DNA from: an uncultured cyanobacterium | GTDB taxonomy: Bacteria; Cyanobacteriota; Cyanobacteriia; Cyanobacteriales; CAWUOF01 | NCBI GenBank assembly: GCA_963744145.1 | Contig: CAVUSO010000001.1 | Location: 5,440,001-5,504,000, forward strand | DNA length: 64,000 nt | Direction of reading: 5' to 3' | Shown here: one piece after another, positions 49,020 to 60,305 of the stretch | Layout of the letters: every line of letters starts with the position of its first letter | Position numbering within the stretch: position 1 is the first letter of the stretch | The notes under the pieces: generated by a model | Told to the model about the DNA's origin: nothing | Database searches by the model: none | Seen by the model: only the letters and a program-made list of their open reading frames with translations | Translations under genes and position numbers: made by a program

Positions 49020-49625
49020 GTGACTTTTCTGCAAATTAAATTTCTGAGCGCTGATGGGCTTGATCGGGTAGTCGCACTTGATCAACTTTGTTTTGGTAAA
49101 CTTTGGACTTTTGATGGTTATCGTCAGGAGTTGGATAATCCTCAATCTGATCTGTTGGTTGCTTATTTGTCTACCGAGCCAGAAATTACCCAGGAATCTT
49201 CTCCCTTAGATCCGCTCCCTCTAGTTGCGTTGGGCTGTGCTTATGCTATTCTCGAAGAATGTCATATTACTATTTTGGGCGTTCATCCGAGCTATCGACA
49301 GCAAGGATTAGGACAAGTGATGTTATATAGTCTATTAATGGTGGCACGCGATCGGCAATTAGAAAGGGCAACCTTAGAAGTCGCAGTTTCTAACCATTCA
49401 GCTCGCTCTCTTTATCAAAAATTTGGGTTTCGGGAAGCAGGTCGCAGGCAAAATTATTATCAACAGACGGGAGAAGATGCTCTAGTTTTGTGGCGTAATG
49501 GTTTGCATCGGGCAGAATTTAGAGAAGAATTGGTAGCATGGCACCAAAAAATTACCGATCGAGTTGATCGATCTGGTTGGATTTGGTCTGGCTTAGGCTC
49601 AAAATTATCTGACAAAAATAACTAG
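49020..49625 (+). CDS. rimI: RimI-like GNAT acetyltransferase (start probably GTG 49020)
   Basis: EECHITILGVHPSYRQQGLG; ATLEV; LYQKFGF; GEDALVLW. Confidence 0.85.
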   Translation: MTFLQIKFLSADGLDRVVALDQLCFGKLWTFDGYRQELDNPQSDLLVAYLSTEPEITQESSPLDPLPLVALGCAYAILEECHITILGVHPSYRQQGLGQVMLYSLLMVARDRQLERATLEVAVSNHSARSLYQKFGFREAGRRQNYYQQTGEDALVLWRNGLHRAEFREELVAWHQKITDRVDRSGWIWSGLGSKLSDKNN

Positions 49626-50019
49626 GATATTGATACTAATTATAGTGATTTAATGCTATTTCCATCAGTCCAGATTGGCTCAGAATGCGAATCGATTAAG
49701 ATTCTTTGGGGAGACAATCACAAATTTCTTGGGGTGTGACGGGATTGCGAAATGGTTCTAAAATACAAGGTGTTGCTGCTAATCTGCCTAATAATCCTAA
49801 CAGTTCGGGATGACCTGTGCTATTTGATGTTGGCTCAAACCAAATGTTGAAGGGGGTAGTGGAAATAAAGTAATGGGAGAGAGGAAAAATAGGATTTCCC
49901 CCCTAAAAATATACGGAAACCTGGATTAAAGGCGATCGCCCAAGATGGCAACAGGACAAAAGATTTCGCTATGCTAAGATTATTGGCTACCGGCACTCAG
50001 CAGGTGATGGGAACTTATC

Positions 50020-52497
50020 ATGTTTGAACGCTTCACAGAAAAAGCTATAAAAGTAATCATGTTGGCCCAAGAGGAAGCTCGCCGCTTGGGACACAATTTT
50101 GTGGGAACAGAACAGATCCTCCTGGGTCTGATTGGCGAAGGTACTGGGGTCGCGGCTAAAGTCCTCAAATCGATGGGGGTCAATCTCAAAGATGCTCGGA
50201 TTGAGGTTGAGAAAATCATTGGTAGAGGTTCTGGATTTGTGGCTGTGGAAATTCCGTTCACCCCCAGAGCTAAGCGTGTACTCGAATTATCTCTCGAAGA
50301 AGCTCGTCAGTTAGGACATAACTATATTGGCACAGAGCATTTGCTGTTAGGCTTAATTCGCGAAGGAGAAGGTGTAGCCGCCCGCGTGCTGGAAAATCTG
50401 GGGGTCGATCTATCGAAAGTCCGAACTCAAGTGATTCGGATGTTAGGAGAAACCGCAGAAGTATCCGCTGGTGGATCGCAAGGACGGACAAAAACACCAA
50501 CTTTAGATGAATTTGGCTCAAATTTGACCCAAATGGCAGCCGAAGGGAAGCTAGATCCAGTCGTAGGTCGTCAAAAGGAAATTGAACGGGTAATCCAAAT
50601 TCTCGGTCGTCGGACTAAGAATAATCCCGTGTTGATTGGAGAACCAGGGGTAGGAAAAACCGCGATCGCCGAAGGATTAGCTCAACGCATCGCTAATAAT
50701 GATATCCCAGATATTCTAGAAGAAAAACGGGTAGTTACCCTAGATATTGGGTTGTTAGTAGCAGGAACTAAATATCGCGGGGAATTTGAAGAACGTCTGA
50801 AAAAAATTATGGATGAAATCCGCTCGGCGGGAAATGTCATCCTAGTAATTGACGAAGTTCATACCCTGATTGGTGCAGGTGCGGCTGAAGGTGCGATCGA
50901 TGCAGCAAATATTCTCAAACCAGCTTTAGCTAGAGGTGAATTGCAATGTATTGGTGCTACTACTTTAGATGAATACCGCAAACATATTGAACGCGATGCA
51001 GCTCTAGAACGTCGTTTTCAACCAGTGATGGTGGGTGAACCGAGTGTGGATGAAACCATCGAAATTCTCTATGGTCTCAGAGAACGCTATGAGCAACACC
51101 ATAAACTAAAAATATCTGATGCGGCTCTGTTTGCTGCGGCTAAACTCTCCGATCGCTATATTTCCGATCGCTATCTACCCGATAAAGCGATCGATTTAAT
51201 CGATGAAGCAGGATCAAGAGTACGTCTAATTAACTCCCAACTTCCCCCCGCAGCGAAAGAATTGGATAAGGAGCTACGTCAAGTTCTGAAGGAAAAAGAC
51301 GATGCAGTCCGCTCCCAGGATTTTGATCGTGCTGGAGAACTTCGCGATCGGGAAATGGAAATTAAAGCAGAAATCCGGGCGATCGCCAGTAACAAAAAAA
51401 CCTCTGGGGACAGTACCGATGACTCTCCGGTTGTCGATGAAGAAGATATTGCTCAAATTGTCGCTTCTTGGACTGGAGTCCCAGTTAACAAACTGACCGA
51501 GTCGGAATCAGAGAAGTTACTCCACATGGAAGACACCTTGCACCAACGTCTGATTGGTCAAGAAGAAGCGGTCAAAGCTGTTTCCAAAGCAATTCGTCGC
51601 GCTCGGGTAGGGTTGAAAAATCCGGCTCGACCGATCGCAAGTTTTATTTTCTCTGGTCCGACTGGTGTGGGGAAAACTGAGCTGACTAAATCTTTAGCTG
51701 CTTACTTTTTCGGTTCGGAAGACGCGATGATCCGGTTGGATATGTCCGAATATATGGAACGTCATACTGTTTCCAAGCTAATCGGTTCTCCTCCGGGTTA
51801 TGTTGGTTATAACGAAGGTGGTCAACTGACTGAAGCAGTCCGTCGTCGTCCCTATACGGTGGTGCTATTTGATGAAATCGAAAAAGCTCACCCTGATGTC
51901 TTCAATATGCTTCTGCAAATTCTAGAAGACGGACGTTTGACGGATGCTAAAGGTCGGACAGTAGACTTCAAAAACACCTTACTGATTATGACCTCAAATA
52001 TCGGTTCTAAGGTGATTGAAAAAGGTGGTGGTGGAATCGGGTTTGAGTTCTCTGATAATCAAGCAGAAGCTCAATATAATCGGATTCGTTCTCTGGTGAA
52101 TGAAGAACTTAAGCAGTATTTCCGTCCAGAGTTTCTTAACCGTCTAGATGAAATTATTGTCTTCCGTCAATTAACCAAGGAAGAAGTCAAGCAAATTGCT
52201 GACATTATGCTGAAAGACTTGTTCAAGCGGTTAACTGACCAAGGTATTGTCTTGGAAGTAACAGAACGTTTCAAAGATCGCTTAGTCGAAGAAGGTTACA
52301 ATCCCAGTTATGGGGCTCGACCTCTACGTCGTGCGATTATGCGTTTGCTGGAGGATGTTTTAGCTGAGGAAATCCTCTCTGGTCGAGTTAAAAATGGTGA
52401 TACTGCTACAGTCGATGTAGACAATGAAGGTCAAGTGAAAGTGCTACCCCAAGAAAAACGGGAATTACTTCCTTTTTCTAGCAGTGCTGAATCGTAA
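50020..52497 (+). CDS. clpC: ATP-dependent Clp protease ATPase subunit
   Basis: [29 protein letters not shown]; two Walker A motifs ([16 protein letters not shown]). Confidence 0.98.
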   Translation: MFERFTEKAIKVIMLAQEEARRLGHNFVGTEQILLGLIGEGTGVAAKVLKSMGVNLKDARIEVEKIIGRGSGFVAVEIPFTPRAKRVLELSLEEARQLGHNYIGTEHLLLGLIREGEGVAARVLENLGVDLSKVRTQVIRMLGETAEVSAGGSQGRTKTPTLDEFGSNLTQMAAEGKLDPVVGRQKEIERVIQILGRRTKNNPVLIGEPGVGKTAIAEGLAQRIANNDIPDILEEKRVVTLDIGLLVAGTKYRGEFEERLKKIMDEIRSAGNVILVIDEVHTLIGAGAAEGAIDAANILKPALARGELQCIGATTLDEYRKHIERDAALERRFQPVMVGEPSVDETIEILYGLRERYEQHHKLKISDAALFAAAKLSDRYISDRYLPDKAIDLIDEAGSRVRLINSQLPPAAKELDKELRQVLKEKDDAVRSQDFDRAGELRDREMEIKAEIRAIASNKKTSGDSTDDSPVVDEEDIAQIVASWTGVPVNKLTESESEKLLHMEDTLHQRLIGQEEAVKAVSKAIRRARVGLKNPARPIASFIFSGPTGVGKTELTKSLAAYFFGSEDAMIRLDMSEYMERHTVSKLIGSPPGYVGYNEGGQLTEAVRRRPYTVVLFDEIEKAHPDVFNMLLQILEDGRLTDAKGRTVDFKNTLLIMTSNIGSKVIEKGGGGIGFEFSDNQAEAQYNRIRSLVNEELKQYFRPEFLNRLDEIIVFRQLTKEEVKQIADIMLKDLFKRLTDQGIVLEVTERFKDRLVEEGYNPSYGARPLRRAIMRLLEDVLAEEILSGRVKNGDTATVDVDNEGQVKVLPQEKRELLPFSSSAES

Positions 52498-52502
52498 TTA
52501 AA

Positions 52503-52599
52503 CGGAGATCTCGGTGAAGAAGGGCGAAGCATTCGGATATAAATTAACTGGTTTAAGTGATAAATTATCGCCCGAATGCTTCGCCCCTACACTGTATTG
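52503..52599. mobile_element. Degenerate copy of the CAATACGG-ended MITE / REP hairpin
   Basis: GGGCGAAGCATTCGG...CCGAATGCTTCGCCCCTACA. Confidence 0.75.
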
Positions 52600-52619
52600 A
52601 TCTATGACCTGGAAAAATG

Positions 52620-52655
52620 AAAAAACGGTAGAAATTATCTTCTCTACCGTTTTTT
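52620..52655. terminator. Bidirectional terminator between clpC and Uma2
   Basis: AAAAAACGGTAGA-loop-TCTACCGTTTTTT. Confidence 0.75.
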
Positions 52656-52744
52656 CGCTGGAGCTAATACCAATTTAATAACGACGGGCGATCGCTTGAT
52701 TCCGAGCATCAAAGAGTCCTTATAAAAAACACAAACCTCAATCT

Positions 52745-53305
52745 CTACTCAAACAATTCGCCTACCAATACATTAAAACCTGGTAACAACGGACTGGTTA
52801 AATGATCTTCTTTAAATAACGTCTTGGCTAATTTCAAAGTTCCATCTTCCCGACGGTAAACCTCAATTTTTTCTTCTTTCCAGTCAAAAATCCAATATTC
52901 CCGTACTCCTTGGGCTGAATACAATTTTAACTTTGACTGCCGATCGCGTTTTTCATTTTCCTTACCCGGAGACATTACTTCTACCACCAACTCTGGTGCT
53001 GCGTTTAAATGTCCGGAATTATCTAATATTTTTGCTAAACGTTCATTGCTTACCCAAACTACATCAGGAATAACATTATCAGCATCTGTAAAGATAATAC
53101 CTGGAGCGGGTACAGTCTTACCTAAGCCTGTCTGTCTTGACCAATTTTTTAATGCCGTATAAGCATTACCAGCAACTTCTTGATGACCCCAGTGTGGTGC
53201 TTTTGTCACAAATAAGTCTCCATCAATTATCTCATAACGGTTGCCATTATCAGGGAATAATTCTAAATCAGCGGTTGTCCAGTAGACTTTTTCGGTAATT
53301 GACAT
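52745..53305 (-). CDS. Uma2-family putative endonuclease
   Basis: RYEIIDG; VIPDVVW; APELVVEVMSPG; GVREYWI. Confidence 0.9.
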   Translation of the reverse strand: MSITEKVYWTTADLELFPDNGNRYEIIDGDLFVTKAPHWGHQEVAGNAYTALKNWSRQTGLGKTVPAPGIIFTDADNVIPDVVWVSNERLAKILDNSGHLNAAPELVVEVMSPGKENEKRDRQSKLKLYSAQGVREYWIFDWKEEKIEVYRREDGTLKLAKTLFKEDHLTSPLLPGFNVLVGELFE

Positions 53306-53545
53306 AGCTTTTACTCTCCTGGAGAAAATGCGATCGGCTCATAATTATTTAACAATCCGATATAATCATAATACCTTTACTTTGTTCAAGGCATAAAAAT
53401 TGGGGTAAGCTTCGACTCGCTGAGCGGTTAAACGAGCGGGCAAACTTTTGATTATTTATGCACCGAAATGCTTCCATCCCCTACATTTAACTGAACTGGA
53501 TTGATTTATAATATTTTAATTTCCATGAATCATCAGCAGGAATAA

Positions 53546-54154
53546 ATGACAACCGAGAAAAAAGATTTAGAAAAAACATCGTTGATCGAACAAATATGGC
53601 AGCAAATTCGAGAAAATATCCAGATTTTGGCGATCGCTTTAATCTTAGCTCTGGTGATCCGCACTTTTGTAGCTGAACCCCGGTATATTCCTTCTAATTC
53701 GATGGTGCCAACTTTAGTGATTGGCGATCGCTTAGTTGTGGAAAAAATTTCCTACTATTTTCATCCGCCGACGACAGGTGATATTATTGTATTCACTCCT
53801 CCGGAACAATTACAAAATACCGGATATAGCCAAGACCAAGCATTTATTAAACGTGTGATTGGTGAACCGGGACAGACTGTGCAAATTCAAAAACACCAAG
53901 TTTATCTCAATCATCAACCCTTAGAGGAAGATTACCTGGCTCAACCACCTACCTATGAATGGGGTCCGGCTCAAGTTCCAGAAAATGAATTCTTTGTGAT
54001 GGGAGACAACCGTAACTATAGTTTAGATTCCCACAAGTGGGGGTTTTTACCAAAAGAAAATATTATCGGTCGCGCTTGTTTTCGGTTTTGGACTTTTGAG
54101 CAGATTTGGACCGATTTAATTCATGCTCAGGAATTGATAATTGATAATGATTAA
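53546..54154 (+). CDS. lepB: Signal peptidase I
   Basis: IPSNSMVPTL; FIKRVIG; GDNRNYSLDS. Confidence 0.95.
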   Translation: MTTEKKDLEKTSLIEQIWQQIRENIQILAIALILALVIRTFVAEPRYIPSNSMVPTLVIGDRLVVEKISYYFHPPTTGDIIVFTPPEQLQNTGYSQDQAFIKRVIGEPGQTVQIQKHQVYLNHQPLEEDYLAQPPTYEWGPAQVPENEFFVMGDNRNYSLDSHKWGFLPKENIIGRACFRFWTFEQIWTDLIHAQELIIDND

Positions 54155-54180
54155 TGCTCCATTATCAATTATCTAATTAA

Positions 54181-54942
54181 TTAGCGGACAATTCTAACCG
54201 TCCAAAAATCTGTAGCTAAATCTGGATTTAAAATATAATCATAGGGCATGGTAAAATAGCCATTCATTCCCCAATCACTTCCCCAAGAATTCCGAATGAT
54301 AAATCTTTGTTGAGCATCATCATAGCCAGCAATTAAAACCGCATGACCCCCAAGTTGTTTTTCATCACTTCCTGGTAATTGGAGAACACCTGTATTAGCT
54401 ACCTCCTGACTTTCAAAACTATCATAAACTGTCATGCCAAAAACTACCGGATAGCTATCAGCGAGACATCCTTTAATTTGGTTTAAATCCTGTGCTACCT
54501 GACTATAAGATACGGCAGTATGTCTACTGGCAGTATCATAGCAAGTTACAGTCGGTTTAGCTGTAAATTTATCGGGATTATAAGGCCAGATTGATTCCGG
54601 GCAAATCCCAAATTTATTAACAGATTTGATCGCATCTCTAATCATCGCCCCGCTATCTTGGTCTGTGGTGCCTTCAATATCTCTAGTAACATAGTAAGTA
54701 AATAGACGACTGGGTGTAAAAGTAAATAACTTTTCTTTTTTTTGGCAATACTGAAAGGCTGCACATACAGATTGGGCAGTACAACTACCAATACTACCTT
54801 GATCATAAACTGGTGGTAATTGTTGACGGATATCGACTTTGGCTGGTAAACTGTGAACCACATGGGCTGGTGCTGCATAGCGAACGTCTCTATGGTCTTT
54901 AGCATCAGGAATGTAGCCGTAACCCCGAGGTGTAGTAGTCAT
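54181..54942 (-). CDS. Papain-like C1A cysteine peptidase
   Basis: DQGSIGSCT; GGHAV; RNSWG. Confidence 0.93.
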   Translation of the reverse strand: MTTTPRGYGYIPDAKDHRDVRYAAPAHVVHSLPAKVDIRQQLPPVYDQGSIGSCTAQSVCAAFQYCQKKEKLFTFTPSRLFTYYVTRDIEGTTDQDSGAMIRDAIKSVNKFGICPESIWPYNPDKFTAKPTVTCYDTASRHTAVSYSQVAQDLNQIKGCLADSYPVVFGMTVYDSFESQEVANTGVLQLPGSDEKQLGGHAVLIAGYDDAQQRFIIRNSWGSDWGMNGYFTMPYDYILNPDLATDFWTVRIVR

Positions 54943-55296
54943 AAAATAATTAATGTGAAAACAACAGGTTAAATGAATTTAGCTGATCTAGTGATTTAAT
55001 TGCTAGTGTTTCCTGCAAAAATCTTTTGAGATTTATTTCCTACAGCACTACTACCAAAACTTTGCTCTCTCTTGTCTATCTAGCTTTTAGGGATCGAGGG
55101 AAATGTGGAAAATTACCTGAAGTAGTCTTGCCCCATTTTATAGCAACGAGAATCTGTTGTCAAGGAAAGGGGGGAAAAATCTTGCTTCTGTCAATTTTCC
55201 TTGATTTAATCACATACTTTCTTGAAAGTCCCACCAAGATCACCGATCATTAATCCCGAGATTCTTGTCCTGTATGTATTTAGTCACTTGACCAAT

Positions 55297-56634
55297 ATGC
55301 TCCAAAAACAGTATAATTTTTTACCGCGATTTTCCCAACTGGCGATCGCGAGTGTTGTTTCTAACATCATGGTGCCATTAGAAGGCTTAGTTGATTTAGC
55401 GTTTCTTGGTCACTTACCTGATATTAGCTACTTAGCAGGGGTAATCTTAGCTACTATTTTATTTGATTACTTATACAGAGCAATTCCTTTACGGACTAGC
55501 ACCAACGCACTGACAGCTCAAGCTGTAGGTTTGAATGATCCAAAAGGAATTCTGCTAGCGGGATTACGCAGTGGTTTGATTGCTTTGGGTCTGAGTGTAA
55601 TAATCTTAGTCTGGCAATATCCGATCGAAAAATTAGGATTTTCGCTGCTGAATGGTTCCCCAGAAATTGAAGCTGCGGGGGTTGGTTATTTTTATGGTCG
55701 AATTTGGGGAACTCCTGCGGTATTTCTGAATTTTGGTTTATGTGGTTGGTTTTTGGGACAAGAGATGAACCAGATCGTTTTATGGACATCTGTGATCTCT
55801 AATGTGAGTAATCTGGTGTTAGATTATATCACCATCATGCAGTGGGGCTGGGGCAGTATGGGTGCAGGACTAGCCACAGCTTTAAGTCAATATATAGCTT
55901 TGATCACGGGTTTAGTGTGGGTAGGATCTAAGATTGATCGGCAATATTTATCAGCCGCTTTTAAAGAAGTTTTTCAGTGGCAATCTTTGCAGGCAATTTT
56001 ATTTTTTAATACTAACATTTTAATCAGGTTTTTATGTTTATTTTCGGTCTATGGTATTATTACAAACATCAGCGCCACCATGGGAACTACCCTATTAGCA
56101 CAGAATGGATTATTGCTGCAAATCGTCATTTTGAATCAGTTTATCATGCAAGGAATTAGCATGACTACTCAAACCCTGACGGGTAATTTTTATGGCAAAG
56201 GAGAAAAAGAACTACTCAATCCTTTGTTGCAAGTTTCCCTAGCTATCACTATTTCTATTTCTCTAACTTGTGCCCTGGTAACAGCTTTATTTCCAGCACA
56301 AGTATTCGGAATTTTAACCAATCATACAGAAGTAAGTGCAGATATCAACCGATATATTTTCTGGCTCTTACCACTATTGACGCTTACTGGTGTGGCTTTT
56401 ACAATGGAAGGTTATTTCATTGGCTTAAAAGAAGTAGTAATTATCCGCAATGCCGCATTAATGGCTTTTTTTATCGGATTTTTACCCTTTGTAACCCTCG
56501 CCTTTTACTGGCATAATAATCACATCTTATGGTGGTCTTTAGTGTCTTATCTGAGTACGGTAATTATTGTTTTAGTAGTCGAATTTGTAAAAAGATTAGG
56601 TCTGGCATCTACGAAACCTCAATTACTATCATAA
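55297..56634 (+). CDS. MATE efflux transporter, paralogue of 20005-21363 (start probably ATG 55297)
   Basis: YNFLPRF...MVPLEGLVDLAFLGHL; TAQAVG; RIWGTPA. Confidence 0.88.
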   Translation: MLQKQYNFLPRFSQLAIASVVSNIMVPLEGLVDLAFLGHLPDISYLAGVILATILFDYLYRAIPLRTSTNALTAQAVGLNDPKGILLAGLRSGLIALGLSVIILVWQYPIEKLGFSLLNGSPEIEAAGVGYFYGRIWGTPAVFLNFGLCGWFLGQEMNQIVLWTSVISNVSNLVLDYITIMQWGWGSMGAGLATALSQYIALITGLVWVGSKIDRQYLSAAFKEVFQWQSLQAILFFNTNILIRFLCLFSVYGIITNISATMGTTLLAQNGLLLQIVILNQFIMQGISMTTQTLTGNFYGKGEKELLNPLLQVSLAITISISLTCALVTALFPAQVFGILTNHTEVSADINRYIFWLLPLLTLTGVAFTMEGYFIGLKEVVIIRNAALMAFFIGFLPFVTLAFYWHNNHILWWSLVSYLSTVIIVLVVEFVKRLGLASTKPQLLS

Positions 56635-56643
56635 TATTGTCAA

Positions 56644-56671
56644 AATCGGGTAGGTATATCCTACCCGATTT
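56644..56671. terminator. Bidirectional terminator
   Basis: AATCGGGTAGG-TATAT-CCTACCCGATT between convergent genes. Confidence 0.7.
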
Positions 56672-56694
56672 AATAGAAAAACAAGCATAACCAA

Positions 56695-57669
56695 CTAATT
56701 TGGAGCTAATCCCTTAGTAGCTAACCAGTCCAGATTAAACAACCGTGATTGATAACGGGCACCACCATCACAAAGTACAGTTACAATCGTCTTCCCAGGA
56801 CCAATTTTTTGAGCTAGTGCGACAGCAGCACCAACATTAATTCCCACCGATCCACCCATAAACAATCCATCTTTTCGCAATAGTTGGTAAACTACTCGCA
56901 CTGCTTCTTGATCATCAATTTGAATTGCATCATCAATCGGTACATCTTCCATATTCGCAGTGACTCGACTATTACCAATCCCTTCGGTAATGGAATTTCC
57001 CTCAATTTTAATTTCCCCAGTTTTCACATAACTGTAAAGTCCACTACCTTTTGGGTCAGCTAAAATATTTTGAATCTGAGGATTTTTTTCTTTCAGAAAC
57101 ATCGCTACACCAGCAAAAGTTCCACCTGTACCTGTTGCTGCTACCCAAGCATCAACTTTACCATCAGTCTGTGCCCAAATTTCTGGTCCAGTAGTTTTAT
57201 AATGAGCGCATCGGTTCGCTAAGTTATCAAATTGATTAGCCCAAATTGCATTTTCCCTTTCTGCGGCTAATCTACCAGAAAGTTTCACATAATTATTCGG
57301 ATCTTTATAAGGTACAGCAGGAACAGTTATTACTTCTGCACCTAATGTTCTTAAAGCATCAATCTTTTCTTGAGATTGGGTTTCTGGAATGACAATTAAA
57401 CACTGATAACCTTTAGCATTGCAAATATGAGCTAATCCAATTCCCGTATTCCCTGCGGTTCCTTCGACTACTGTACCTCCAGGTTTAAGTAAACCTTTTT
57501 CTTCTGCATCTTGAATAATATAAAGAGCTGCTCGATCTTTTACTGATCCACCTGGATTGAGAAACTCCGCTTTACCAAGAATTTCGCAACCAGTTTCCTC
57601 ACTGAAACTATTTAACCGAATCAATGGGGTATTTCCGATTGTACCAATAAAACCTGCTTTGATATCCAT
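56695..57669 (-). CDS. cysK: Cysteine synthase (O-acetylserine sulfhydrylase family; start probably ATG 57669)
   Basis: IGNTPLI; KAEFLNPGGSVKDR; GTGGT. Confidence 0.88.
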   Translation of the reverse strand: MDIKAGFIGTIGNTPLIRLNSFSEETGCEILGKAEFLNPGGSVKDRAALYIIQDAEEKGLLKPGGTVVEGTAGNTGIGLAHICNAKGYQCLIVIPETQSQEKIDALRTLGAEVITVPAVPYKDPNNYVKLSGRLAAERENAIWANQFDNLANRCAHYKTTGPEIWAQTDGKVDAWVAATGTGGTFAGVAMFLKEKNPQIQNILADPKGSGLYSYVKTGEIKIEGNSITEGIGNSRVTANMEDVPIDDAIQIDDQEAVRVVYQLLRKDGLFMGGSVGINVGAAVALAQKIGPGKTIVTVLCDGGARYQSRLFNLDWLATKGLAPN

Positions 57670-57694
57670 AATTCCCAATTTCTCGATCCTAATC

Positions 57695-57739
57695 AAAAAA
57701 AAACCTGACAGTTAACCAATGGTAATTTGTCAGGCTTTT
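57695..57739 (-). terminator. Terminator after peroxiredoxin
   Basis: CCTGACA...TGTCAGG stem preceded by an A run on the plus strand. Confidence 0.6.
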
Positions 57740-57786
57740 GTTATTTTAGGTGTATACCTAAACACTACTAAAGCAGATGCTCAATC

Positions 57787-58425
57787 CTATTTATTTGGTT
57801 GAGGAGTTAGACGTAGATAGGGTTTGACCGCATTGAAACCTTTGGGGAATTTTTCTGCTAATTCTTGCGGATCTTGAATCGAAGGGACAATTACACAGTC
57901 ATCTCCATCTTTCCAGTTCGCAGGGGTCGCAACACTATATTTATCAGTAAGTTGCAGAGAGTCAATCACTCGGAGCAATTCGTCAAAGTTACGTCCAGTG
58001 CTAGCAGGATAGGTTAGGGTAAGACGAAGTTTCTTTTGGGGATCGATAATGAAAACCGAACGCACAGTTAGGGTGTTATTAGCGTTAGGATGGATCATGT
58101 CGTAAAGATCGGAAACTTTCCGATCTGGATCTGCCAAAATTGGGTAATTGAGGGTAACTTTCTGGGTTTCCTCGATGTCTTTGATCCAACCTAGATGAGA
58201 TTGCTCATCATCAACGCTCAGAGCAATGGTTTTGACGTTACGTTGATCAAATTCTGGTTTCAAACGGGCTACTTCACCCAGTTCCGTGGTACAAACCGGG
58301 GTAAAATCCTTCGGATGAGAGAATAATACTACCCAACTGTCTCCAGCCCAGTCAAAAAATTTGATTTCTCCGGTTGAGGATGCTTGCGTAAAATTAGGTA
58401 CTGTATCGCCTAATCGGAGGGTCAT
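57787..58425 (-). CDS. 1-Cys peroxiredoxin (Prx6 type)
   Basis: FSHPKDFTPVCTTE; YPASTGRNFDE. Confidence 0.95.
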   Translation of the reverse strand: MTLRLGDTVPNFTQASSTGEIKFFDWAGDSWVVLFSHPKDFTPVCTTELGEVARLKPEFDQRNVKTIALSVDDEQSHLGWIKDIEETQKVTLNYPILADPDRKVSDLYDMIHPNANNTLTVRSVFIIDPQKKLRLTLTYPASTGRNFDELLRVIDSLQLTDKYSVATPANWKDGDDCVIVPSIQDPQELAEKFPKGFNAVKPYLRLTPQPNK

Positions 58426-58580
58426 AACCGATTACCTGTGTTCTAAGTTACAAAAATATTTAAGTCTACTTGGAAATCTTGACACAATACTCTGGTTTTC
58501 CCATCGGTGTTAAGATATTTTTTACAATTCCTTACAATACCCAATTTCCGGAAAAATTATCCTTGGTCAAAGGGTTGCCT

Positions 58581-58859
58581 ATGTTACAATTATTATCTTC
58601 TGTCATCCATGCGATCGCACCTTTTTTAGGACCTGTTTGTTTTGTTTGTGCTTGGCTAATTATATTTTTGATATTTTGGAGCATTTTTAGTGCGATCGTT
58701 AGTACGATTAAGATTGGGAAACAAATGCACCAAATTCCCTGTGCTAATTGTGTTTTCTTTACCAAAGATTATCATCTTAAATGTCCAGTTCAGCCGAAAT
58801 TAGCTCTGACCGAAGCAGCGATCGGCTGTCTAGACTTTCGTTCCCATCATCAAAACTAG
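58581..58859 (+). CDS. Conserved hypothetical membrane protein with Cys motif (start probably ATG 58581)
   Basis: TM helix, then MHQIPCANCVFF...LKCPVQP...C. Confidence 0.7.
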   Translation: MLQLLSSVIHAIAPFLGPVCFVCAWLIIFLIFWSIFSAIVSTIKIGKQMHQIPCANCVFFTKDYHLKCPVQPKLALTEAAIGCLDFRSHHQN

Positions 58860-59809
58860 CTAAGATCGAGGAGAACTTTTAATATTCCTTTTTGTTGAGC
58901 GCGATCGAAGGCAATCAGTCCGTCGGTTAAACTATATCTGGCTTGAACTAAATAATCAACATCTACAGTTTTTTGTGATAGTAACTCTAACGCTGGGGAG
59001 AAAGGACCACAACGAGAACCGATTAAAGTAATTTCATCTACTACTAAAGCAGAAATATCAAGAGTGAGTTGATTGGCATAGGTGCTTTTCAGAACTAAAA
59101 TACCACGGGGACGTAAAGCACGACGCGCGATCGCAAATCCAGCGGTATTACCAGTACATTCTACCGCAATATCAAAAGTTTTATCGGTAACTTGTGCTGA
59201 TGTACTTGTTTTAATTCCCCTTGCTTCTAGATGAGCTAATTTCTCCTGATGCCGTCCAATTACCAGTAAATTACAACCAGTTAATGCTAAGGTTTGTGCA
59301 ACTAACTGTCCTAATTTGCCATCTCCAACTACTAAAACTTGGTGACTAGAATTAATTTTGACTTGTTGTTGAATTTCTAAGGCAGCTGCGATCGGTTCTG
59401 TGAATGTAGCTGCATCAGTAGATATATGATCAGGGACAAGATGTAAATTGGCAATGGGTAAAGTCAGATATTCAGCAAAAGCACCATTCCGATTGACAAT
59501 TCCCAGGACAGTTCGGTTTTCACAGTGGGTAGATTGCTGACTTAAACAGTAACGACATTTACCACAAACAGCATTGATTTCACCAACAACACGTTGGTTA
59601 ATCAGGTTAGTCGGTCCTTGTTCGACCACTCCGACAAATTCATGTCCTAATACACCTGTGTAGGGATAATATCCTCTCATTAATTCTAAATCAGTATTAC
59701 AAATTCCGGCACATAAAACTTTAATGAGTGCTTCTCCGGTTGGGGGTTGGGGAATGGGGATATCTGTGCGTAGTTGGAGTTGGTTATTGTCTAGATATAG
59801 GGCTTTCAT
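58856..59809 (-). CDS. Zinc-dependent alcohol dehydrogenase (MDR)
   Basis: GICNTD; GHEFVG; CGKCRYC...C; GDGKLG. Confidence 0.92.
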   Translation of the reverse strand: MKALYLDNNQLQLRTDIPIPQPPTGEALIKVLCAGICNTDLELMRGYYPYTGVLGHEFVGVVEQGPTNLINQRVVGEINAVCGKCRYCLSQQSTHCENRTVLGIVNRNGAFAEYLTLPIANLHLVPDHISTDAATFTEPIAAALEIQQQVKINSSHQVLVVGDGKLGQLVAQTLALTGCNLLVIGRHQEKLAHLEARGIKTSTSAQVTDKTFDIAVECTGNTAGFAIARRALRPRGILVLKSTYANQLTLDISALVVDEITLIGSRCGPFSPALELLSQKTVDVDYLVQARYSLTDGLIAFDRAQQKGILKVLLDLS

Positions 59810-59940
59810 TATTGATGAACAAAGACTGACAGAAAATGGTTAATTGATTAGTATTGTAGCTAGAAAAATTGCTGATTATAATTCCAGCGAAAAAAGGAGT
59901 GGAGATTTGATTCTCCACACCATTATTTACCTCTAGCTGA

Positions 59941-60084
59941 TTAAATCAGACCCAATTGGGCTAAAACCCCATGACCAGTCAGATATTCAGTAGCTACAGC
60001 AATCACAAACCCCAACATTGCTAGACGACCATTCCAGGTTTCGGCAAATTGGGTAAAGCCAAACTTTGATTCTTGATTTTGCAT
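59941..60084 (-). CDS. hli: High-light-inducible protein (HLIP/SCP), 47 aa (not in ORF track)
   Basis: Manual translation MQNQESKFGFTQFAETWNGRLAMLGFVIAVATEYLTGHGVLAQLGLI; ExxNGRLAMLG. Confidence 0.95.
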   Translation of the reverse strand: MQNQESKFGFTQFAETWNGRLAMLGFVIAVATEYLTGHGVLAQLGLI

Positions 60085-60113
60085 AGATCAGATATCGTCC
60101 TTTAAATCAATAC

Positions 60114-60131
60114 TCTGTAATTAAATTTAAC
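60114..60131 (-). promoter_or_regulatory. Imperfect HLR1 (RpaB) site upstream of hli
   Basis: Minus strand reads GTTAAATT-TA-ATTACAGA. Confidence 0.5.
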
Positions 60132-60233
60132 ATATGCTTGCCAAATCTGCAACATTAATTTATAATTCGAGCGGGGAGGCAACATCCACCAATAAACAAA
60201 TTTGAGCGATCGCACAGTTGAGAAACAAAAAAT

Positions 60234-60305
60234 AAAAAAAGACTAGGAGACCCATACCTAGTCTTTTGAGAAGTTGATGCGGAGGATGTAACTGATCTTT
60301 AGATT
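60234..60305 (-). ncRNA. Candidate small RNA ending in an orphan terminator
   Basis: CAUCCUCCGCAUC, then GACUAGG-loop-CCUAGUC and U7; no CDS ends nearby. Confidence 0.4.
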
